From assembly GCA_018304055.1 (NCBI GenBank), contig JAGVWY010000001.1, positions 1 to 41,797 of the forward strand: 41,797 bases of DNA, given 5' to 3'. The DNA is from Candidatus Pacearchaeota archaeon. GTDB lineage: Archaea > Nanobdellota > Nanobdellia > Pacearchaeales > GW2011-AR1. Below the pieces are notes generated by a model. The model was given only the letters and a program-made list of their open reading frames with translations. It made no database searches and had not been told where the DNA came from. Made by a program: the position numbers and the translations under genes. This document shows positions 35,784 through 41,797 of the stretch, one piece after another (position 1 is the first letter of the stretch; each line of letters opens with the position of its first letter).

Positions 35784-35884
35784 TTTATAGAGGACTTTGA
35801 TTAACCCTTATTTCCGAAGGAAATCGCGTCAAAGTCCTTCTTAGAGAGTTTTGAATTTTGAGGTTTTTCAAAACTCTCTATATA
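35784..35884 (+). repeat. structured repeat element, copy B (short form)
   Basis: Stems: aggactttga/tcaaagtcct (35791-800/35829-38), atttcc/ggaaat around a gaa loop, and tagagagttttgaa/ttcaaaactctcta (35842-55/35867-80, 14 bp perfect). Same orientation as copy A. Lies 120-215 nt upstream of the groES ATG. Confidence 0.55.
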
Positions 35885-36009
35885 TTATTTCTTAGCTTGT
35901 TTCCACAAAATGTTATATTATCAGTAACTTTTAGACACTGATTTTTTTAGTCTTTCTTTTACTCACAAAATTCCGAAAGTTCTAAATATAAATACTCATA
36001 TGAGTATTT

Positions 36010-36168
36010 ATGGCAATCAAAGATAGAATAATGAGGTTCTTTGGTGCTTTAAAAGACAAAAATATTGACTGGAATAAGAGGGAAAAAAGAATGAGAGAGT
36101 TTAGAGATTCTTTTGAAAAAAGAATAAATAAAACTTCGGAATATATGGAACAGGTAAGAAAAAAATGA
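36010..36168 (+). CDS. possible small basic protein (52 aa, not in the ORF track)
   Basis: Own translation: MAIKDRIMRFFGALKDKNIDWNKREKRMREFRDSFEKRINKTSEYMEQVRKK. No SD or homology support. Confidence 0.3.
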   Translation: MAIKDRIMRFFGALKDKNIDWNKREKRMREFRDSFEKRINKTSEYMEQVRKK

Positions 36169-36209
36169 GTCATAGATAATTTTAAATATCTTTGTTCTTT
36201 AGAAAATGT

Positions 36210-36437
36210 ATGGTTAATTTTAATGTTATTATAGAGAGAGGGGAAGATGGATATTATATATCTGAAGTAGTTGAACTTCCGGGATGTCATACTCAGGGAA
36301 AAACTTTAGATGAATTAATGGAAAGAACAAGAGAAGCAATTGAACTTTGTTTAGAAGAAAAAAGAGAAGATAATAAAATTGATTTTGTTGGTTTGCAAAA
36401 GATAGAGATAAAAAATGAGCAAATTGCCTCAAATTAG
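36210..36437 (+). CDS. hicB: HicB-family antitoxin (UPF0150 fold)
   Basis: MVNFNVIIERGEDGYYISEVVELPGCHTQGKTLDELMERTREAIELCLE is the typical HicB N-terminal domain. Start at ATG 36210 (the track start is a TTG). Confidence 0.8.
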   Translation: MVNFNVIIERGEDGYYISEVVELPGCHTQGKTLDELMERTREAIELCLEEKREDNKIDFVGLQKIEIKNEQIASN

Positions 36438-36642
36438 TGCTGATGAGCTTATTAAAATTCTAGAAAAAATAGGGTTTGAAGTAATCAGGCAAAGAGGTAG
36501 TCATATATTTATGAAACATCTTGATGGAAGAACAACCACTGTTCCAAATCATCCTGGAGAGAAACTAGATAGAGGATTGCTAAACAAAATTCTCAAGAAA
36601 GATATACAAATTTCCAGAGAAGAATTTGAAAGACTATTATAG
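36415..36642 (+). CDS. hicA: HicA mRNA interferase toxin
   Basis: LIKILEKIGFEVIRQRGSHIFMKHLDGRTTTVPNHPGEKLDRGLLNKILK carries the HicA (YcfA) signature with the catalytic GSH. It overlaps hicB by 23 nt. Confidence 0.85.
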   Translation: MSKLPQISADELIKILEKIGFEVIRQRGSHIFMKHLDGRTTTVPNHPGEKLDRGLLNKILKKDIQISREEFERLL

Positions 36643-36656
36643 ATGTCTCTGATTAT

Positions 36657-37385
36657 TTATTTCCTTGCCATTTTCCACAATAACTCAAAATGTTTTCTGT
36701 ATCCTTCAGCTACCTTATCATCTTTAATTAAAAAACCATAGGCATTTTCTGTAAAGACATTAATTGCAACATACTCACCTGCAATAACAGTCTCTTGAAA
36801 TTGTGCAAATTCCTTGGATAGATATTTTACTTTTGATAATGACCTTTTTATTAAATTCTGTCCGAATTTTCTCACTGTTTCATCAAATATCTGCCTAGAA
36901 GGTAATTTATTTGCAATTCTTTTTGTGTGCATTGATTCCCACCAAGTTGTTCCCATTCTTTCCTCACACATATAACCTCCTCCAAATGTAAGATATTCTT
37001 TCGCCTTACTGTTAATCATTATATTGTAAATTTCATTTATGCCTTTAACTCCCCTATAAACTGTAGCATTTTCATGAGTTTTAGCTTGTTTCTGTTTTTC
37101 TTTTAATAATGGAAATATTTTTTCAAAGTTTCTTTTTTTATCTTCTATAAAATTAAAGAAATTTTCTGGATTTGTGGCTTGATAGATCTTCCTTTTGGAT
37201 TCTAAAATGTAATTGACAAGCCCTTTACTAATTAAAGAATTTAATGCTCTATGAACGACTGAATTTTGTAAATGCGTTTTTTCTAAAATAGGTTTTGCTG
37301 TTGAGCTTCCTAGTTCTAATAAAGCTAGATATGTTTTAATTTCCGCATTTGTTAATCCTAAATCCTCTAATATTGATATATCCAT
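36657..37385 (-). CDS. TrmB family transcriptional regulator
   Basis: LGLTNAEIKTYLALLELGSSTAKPILEKTHLQNSVVHRALNSLISKGLV is a TrmB-type wHTH. About 240 aa. Confidence 0.8.
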   Translation of the reverse strand: MDISILEDLGLTNAEIKTYLALLELGSSTAKPILEKTHLQNSVVHRALNSLISKGLVNYILESKRKIYQATNPENFFNFIEDKKRNFEKIFPLLKEKQKQAKTHENATVYRGVKGINEIYNIMINSKAKEYLTFGGGYMCEERMGTTWWESMHTKRIANKLPSRQIFDETVRKFGQNLIKRSLSKVKYLSKEFAQFQETVIAGEYVAINVFTENAYGFLIKDDKVAEGYRKHFELLWKMARK

Positions 37386-37493
37386 AATTCTTTTAAAGAA
37401 TTAATAGTATTTAATCTTTTTTATTGTAGTCTCTTTTGGGAGGACAAATGTTTAAGAATAGAGTATTTGTGAATTGTTAAGGTAAATTGAAAA

Positions 37494-38438
37494 ATGGAAA
37501 AAAAATCAAAACTAAGAATAGAGAAAGTAGAGAAAATTTGGATACCAGATGTAAAAATATATTTACCTAGTAAAGATGGAGAAATAATCTTTGGATATCC
37601 CCCTCCAAATAAATATGAACTAGATAGGAAAAATTTTAGATTACCATCAGCAGATCAGGTTGTAGACTTAATTTATGCGGCATTTTTTAGTAAAAGAAAT
37701 GAACCAAATCTAGATTTGATTTTAGATCCCTGTTTTTTTAGAATTTATAATGTAAATTTATGGACTAATGAAGGAATTTATGTAGAGGAATGTTCAAGTG
37801 ATTGGTCTGAAAGATATCCAAGTTTTAACTTAGAAGTTGGAGAATTAGAAGAGAAATTAACTGGAGGAACAGTACTTTCAAATGGAGTAAGATTTAGTAA
37901 AGATAACAAAATAAGATTTGCTCCCAGAGATAGTTACACTCTAGATGTTCCAGCAAAATATGCTCCTTCTAAGAATTTTCCTAAATTTTCGGAAAAGGAA
38001 TTAATAGAGGTTTTGCAGGCGGCGAACAATCTAGAATCAATAGCTAGAACGCTCAACCCAAAAGATTATGTTAAGGTTAGAGAAGAAGAATTAAAATTTT
38101 TTAAAACTGATCTTGAAAATGATGGATTTATTATTGCAAGTTTTGGTATAGAAGGAGCCAAAAAATTGGCTGAAATCTCAAAACTAAAAGTATTTGGAAC
38201 TCATCATCCCAGATGTTTTCCAATATCTTGGGAGTCAGAATCAGATGAATATATAAAGGAGGTGGTTAATGATAGTAATTATTTAAGATTACAACACCCT
38301 TTCGCCGGTTATGGATTTGAACTTATAGGTAGTAGCTATCTTTATTCTGGATGGCGTAAAATATGGAAAAACCATCGAGAAAGAATGGGTAATGATTTAG
38401 TTGAGGGATGTAAAACTTTTTATGTTTTAAAAGAATAA
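37494..38438 (+). CDS. hypothetical protein (family Q, copy 2)
   Basis: Paralog of 13786..14541 (shared blocks listed there), with an extra ~50-aa insert. Divergent from the TrmB gene and upstream of serS. Confidence 0.65.
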   Translation: MEKKSKLRIEKVEKIWIPDVKIYLPSKDGEIIFGYPPPNKYELDRKNFRLPSADQVVDLIYAAFFSKRNEPNLDLILDPCFFRIYNVNLWTNEGIYVEECSSDWSERYPSFNLEVGELEEKLTGGTVLSNGVRFSKDNKIRFAPRDSYTLDVPAKYAPSKNFPKFSEKELIEVLQAANNLESIARTLNPKDYVKVREEELKFFKTDLENDGFIIASFGIEGAKKLAEISKLKVFGTHHPRCFPISWESESDEYIKEVVNDSNYLRLQHPFAGYGFELIGSSYLYSGWRKIWKNHRERMGNDLVEGCKTFYVLKE

Positions 38439-38631
38439 AATACTCCCTAACTTAACAATTTTAAGCCAAGCCAACAACAACCCTTAAATATTCATTTATT
38501 TTATGAATTATAATTAAACTGCAAGTTAATCTTAGGTAAGGTGACTTACAAAAGCTTTGAATTTAGCAAATATACGATAAGTAACAAAATTCAAAGATTG
38601 AGTGGAGGAAAACCTAGGTTTTCATAGGAGC

Positions 38632-39906
38632 ATGCTAGACATCAAATTTATTAGAGAACATCCGAAAGAGGTTAAGGAAAACATCAAAAAGAAATTTCAA
38701 GAGCATAAGCTTAAACTTGTTGACGAAATTCTATCATTAGATGAGCAGTGGAGAAAAAATAAATATGGACTAGATAATTTAAGAAAAGAGAGAAATCTTA
38801 TTTCTGAAGAAATAAATAAAGCTAAAAAATCAAAAGACGAGAAAAAAGCCAAAGAACTTATTCATAAAGCAAAGATCATCCCGGAGAAAATAAAAAAAGC
38901 TGAAGATGAGACTGAACTTCTAGGGAAAAAAATAAAAGAATTACTTTTAGAAATTCCAAATATTATAAGCAAGGAAACTCCTGTTGGAAAAGATGCTTCT
39001 AATAACAAAGAAATTAAAAAAATAGGAAAAATAAGAAAAGATAAAATAAAAAATCATGTTGAATTACTTGAAGAACTAAAATTAGCAGATTTTGAAAAAT
39101 CTGCAGAAGTATCTGGAAAAGGATTTTATTATATTAAAAAAGAATTGGCTTTGTTAAATCAAGCATTAATTAGATTTGCAATAGATTATATGAAAAAGAA
39201 AAAATATGAATATATAGAAACTCCTTTAATGTTGAATGAAATCTCTATTTTTGCGTCAATGAATAAAGAAGCAATTGAAGAGTCTGTTTATTCTATTAAT
39301 AATGAGGATTTAAATTTAATTGGAACTTCTGAACAATCACTTTTAGCAATGCATAGCAATGATGTTTTAAAAGAAGATGAGCTTCCTAAAAAATATTTTT
39401 CATATTCAATGTGTTTTAGAAAAGAGATTGGCGCTCATGGAATTAATGAAAAAGGTTTATGGAGAACTCATCAATTTAACAAAATAGAGCAATTTGTTTT
39501 TTGCAAGCCTGAAGATTCTGAGAAATTATACAAAGAGTTGCTTAATACTTCAGAAGAAATTTTAAAAGCATTACAATTACCTTATAGAGTTATTGAAATT
39601 TGTTCTGGTGATTTAGGAGACTGGAAATATAGAAGTCATGATTTCGAAGTTTTCAGGCCAACAATTAAAGAATATGGAGAAGTAGGTTCATTAAGCAACT
39701 GCACTGATTATCAAGCAAGAAAAGTAAATATTAAAGTTATTGATAAGCATGGTAATAGAAAAATAGTCCATACACTTAATAATACTGTATTAGCTACATC
39801 AAGAATAATGGTAGCTATCATAGAAAATCTCCAAACAAGAAATGGAATTAAAATTCCAAAAGTTCTTTGGAAGTATACAGGGTTTAAAGAGATAAAAAAA
39901 TCTTAA
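38632..39906 (+). CDS. serS: seryl-tRNA synthetase (class II)
   Basis: MLDIKFIREHPKEVKENI plus a long coiled-coil arm. Motif 2 region FRKEIGAHG...GLWRTHQFNKIEQF and motif 3 region TLNNTVLATSRIMVAIIEN. Start taken at ATG 38632 (the track start at 38602 is a GTG). Confidence 0.9.
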   Translation: MLDIKFIREHPKEVKENIKKKFQEHKLKLVDEILSLDEQWRKNKYGLDNLRKERNLISEEINKAKKSKDEKKAKELIHKAKIIPEKIKKAEDETELLGKKIKELLLEIPNIISKETPVGKDASNNKEIKKIGKIRKDKIKNHVELLEELKLADFEKSAEVSGKGFYYIKKELALLNQALIRFAIDYMKKKKYEYIETPLMLNEISIFASMNKEAIEESVYSINNEDLNLIGTSEQSLLAMHSNDVLKEDELPKKYFSYSMCFRKEIGAHGINEKGLWRTHQFNKIEQFVFCKPEDSEKLYKELLNTSEEILKALQLPYRVIEICSGDLGDWKYRSHDFEVFRPTIKEYGEVGSLSNCTDYQARKVNIKVIDKHGNRKIVHTLNNTVLATSRIMVAIIENLQTRNGIKIPKVLWKYTGFKEIKKS

Positions 39907-39957
39907 TACATCCCCGAGTATTTGAGTAAGTATAAATTTTCATAATATCCTTGTAAT

Positions 39958-41040
39958 ATGTACAAATTTGAATCTGTTGGATACCGAGTAAGACCTGAAA
40001 TGATAGATGGAGAACTATTAAATAGAGTTGGCTCTGCATATCGAGAGTTAACATCTTCTGGACATTTGTCTAATGATAGTGCTTATATGAGACTATTAGT
40101 TTCAAAACCATATAGAGGGACCAAAGCAAAATCATATGTTAAATTTTCTTTATGTAATAAAGATGTCTCTCTAATGGGAAATTCTACCTCTGCGGGCGAA
40201 GTTAATCTTGATACAACCAACGTGAGAATTGCTTATCACAGAAAACCGTTTGTTCATTTAACGGCTAGAAAAGGTCGAGATATCGAAAAAGATTTTGAAA
40301 TTGTAAGAGGACTTTTCGGAGCAAATTTAACTTTTAATCAAATTCATCATGAAGGTTACATGGACGCATCGTTTGACAAAAATGAAATCTATTCAGCAGA
40401 TGTTACTCCAGAACAACTTAAAAGATTAGACATCAGAAAACTAGAAAAAGTTGCGAGTTTACATAGTATTGGTTGGGCTAATGGAAGAGGTATGGAAGAC
40501 CCCCATATAATTGCTCTTGGAACAGGAATTGAATCTCCATCATCTGCAACTATTACACCAATTGCTGTTTACTTGTCAGATGACAAACATACTTATGCAC
40601 TAGGTTATGTTTTGACAACTCAATGGATATCAAATACGCATCAAGAAGAATTATCAAGAGAAGCTAAGGATTTTCAATTACAAATGTTAGAGATATTAAG
40701 AAAGATTTCTGTTCCAGAAACTTTGATTGTTGTAGCGTCGGATTCAAGTAGTTCGAGAGTGCAATTGTTTACTCCTGAAACAGAATTAGAGAAAATTGTG
40801 AGACTTAATATCGGAGGTTACGATACAAAGAATTTGGTTAGTAGTAGTGATAAATTAGTAGATTATTACAATGCACTGCAAAAGGCAGAAGAACCTGGGC
40901 CAAGATATGCCTCTAGGTTACTACAAACAATGAAATCTGTACATAGAGAACTTCCTGAACCTGATGGTAAAAGTCCTCGAAGTGACGCTAAATTGGATCT
41001 TGGCTTCACTATTAAGCAAATTGAGAATCCTGAAGAATAA
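39958..41040 (+). CDS. hypothetical protein
   Basis: Track ORF, 360 aa, 51 nt after serS. No motif recognised. Confidence 0.6.
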   Translation: MYKFESVGYRVRPEMIDGELLNRVGSAYRELTSSGHLSNDSAYMRLLVSKPYRGTKAKSYVKFSLCNKDVSLMGNSTSAGEVNLDTTNVRIAYHRKPFVHLTARKGRDIEKDFEIVRGLFGANLTFNQIHHEGYMDASFDKNEIYSADVTPEQLKRLDIRKLEKVASLHSIGWANGRGMEDPHIIALGTGIESPSSATITPIAVYLSDDKHTYALGYVLTTQWISNTHQEELSREAKDFQLQMLEILRKISVPETLIVVASDSSSSRVQLFTPETELEKIVRLNIGGYDTKNLVSSSDKLVDYYNALQKAEEPGPRYASRLLQTMKSVHRELPEPDGKSPRSDAKLDLGFTIKQIENPEE

Positions 41041-41218
41041 GAATAATTATAATTCTTGAACAACTTGTTGCGAAGCATCTGCTGGCACCCTCTTTCTTGC
41101 TAGGGCCCTCAAATTGTACATAACTCCTGATATAAGACCCAGCGCACTCTCAAGATCGGGCATTCATTCCTAAAGATGTTTAACATTATCTATTAACTGG
41201 TGGCTTGTTTATATTTAT

Positions 41219-41299
41219 CCAATTGGGTTAATACCCCATAGCTTGCTACGATATTTTTCGTTCCCAATTGGAGGCTCAAAAAATACCCCCCAGCTTGCT
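41219..41299. repeat. two tandem degenerate repeat units in a non-coding stretch
   Basis: Unit 1: ccaattgg (41219-26), aatacccc (41230-37), agcttgct (41240-47). Unit 2: ccaattgg (41264-71), aatacccc (41282-89), agcttgct (41292-99). ccaattgg is itself palindromic. Confidence 0.35.
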
Positions 41300-41401
41300 G
41301 TGATTGGGATTTTTTATTTTTCAAATTAAAAAGCACATTTAACTTAACAACGCAACTACCAAAGAAACACTTAAATAATACAAGGTATTACATTTAATAC
41401 A

Positions 41402-41602
41402 ATGGCAAAAACAATAAAAGGGAAAAAAGATTATGTTGTTGAGAAATATAAAAATGGTGAGTTTTCCTTTGGTCAAGCTGCTAAATTTGCAGAAGTAAGC
41501 TTATGGGATTTTCCATCATTATTGAAGGAGAAAGGAGTGTTCCTAAACATGGACCTTGAGGAATTAAAGTCTGATTTAGAAACAATAGATGGAAGAACTT
41601 GA
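41402..41602 (+). CDS. UPF0175-family small HTH protein (antitoxin-like), no partner seen
   Basis: 66 aa. YKNGEFSFGQAAKFAEVSLWDFPSLLKEKGVFLNMDLEELKSDLETI fits the UPF0175 pattern (..G.LS.G.AAELAG.S...F...L...GI......EDLE.DL). Confidence 0.6.
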   Translation: MAKTIKGKKDYVVEKYKNGEFSFGQAAKFAEVSLWDFPSLLKEKGVFLNMDLEELKSDLETIDGRT

Positions 41603-41797
41603 GCAATAGTTAAATTATAATTTTACATAAGCTACATTTAAAAATAAAAAAATATTATTTTTTTCATGAAAAAACTATTAACCAAGCATAATATCTATCT
41701 AACAAGTTAATGCCCTTCGGACAACTCCGTTAGGTTAATCGTTTCATTTCTAGTCATGCAGACAGCTTATTCTTGTCTTTTGGTGGAGGTTTCTTGC

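Noticed and set aside
35667-35784. Looked for a CIRCE element (TTAGCACTC-N9-GAGTGCTAA) in front of groES.
   Set aside because: Only a weak one-sided resemblance (cactccactaa). No inverted repeat of that type is present.
35982-36290. 102-aa minus-strand ORF between groES and hicB.
   Set aside because: Low-complexity product that overlaps the hicB start region, with no motif. A short plus-strand ORF (36010..36168) is listed instead, at low confidence.
38555-38596. 10-bp inverted repeat (ctttgaattt / aaattcaaag) upstream of serS, considered as a T-box or attenuator-like leader.
   Set aside because: No T-box conserved sequence, specifier loop or antiterminator architecture. This is a single AT-rich hairpin in an archaeal-type context and is not enough.
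41061-41310. Calling the G+C-rich island a tRNA, 5S rRNA, SRP RNA or RNase P RNA.
   Set aside because: No T-loop (GTTCRANNC), no 5S or SRP helix-8 signatures, and I could not find complementary segments longer than about 4 bp in 41061-41200. It is kept only as an unexplained island.

Overview
AT-rich (about 30% G+C by eye), tightly packed window that reads like a small-genome DPANN-type archaeon. An archaeal class I CCA-adding enzyme, a Sec11-type signal peptidase, several TrmB/Lrp-type regulators and a circularly permuted GTPase sit beside bacterial-type groES/groEL and an NrdR-controlled class II ribonucleotide reductase block (nrdR-nrdJ-trx-tmk, with trxB elsewhere). I call about 55 CDS and 2 tRNAs (Ser-GGA and Lys-UUU, neither encoding CCA). 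There are four toxin-antitoxin or abortive-infection modules: MazEF-like, AbiEi/AbiEii, HicBA and an orphan UPF0175. I also call a truncated dUTPase remnant, NrdR boxes and several structured non-coding elements. I saw no CRISPR array, rRNA, transposase or integrase gene. Most worth a second look: (1) three unknown, translationally coupled small ORFs wedged between groES and groEL; (2) a truncated class I LysRS-like catalytic-domain paralog in an operon with a SAM methyltransferase and a member of an unknown protein family, whose only other copy in the window sits in a parallel layout upstream of serS; (3) a 7-gene cluster of tiny unknown proteins with two tandem paralog pairs; (4) a two-copy structured repeat with a compensatory base-pair change; (5) a 219-bp element of nested perfect hairpins; (6) two unknown genes attached to the MazEF/AbiE island. 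All family calls rest on motifs read by eye, and no database search was possible.
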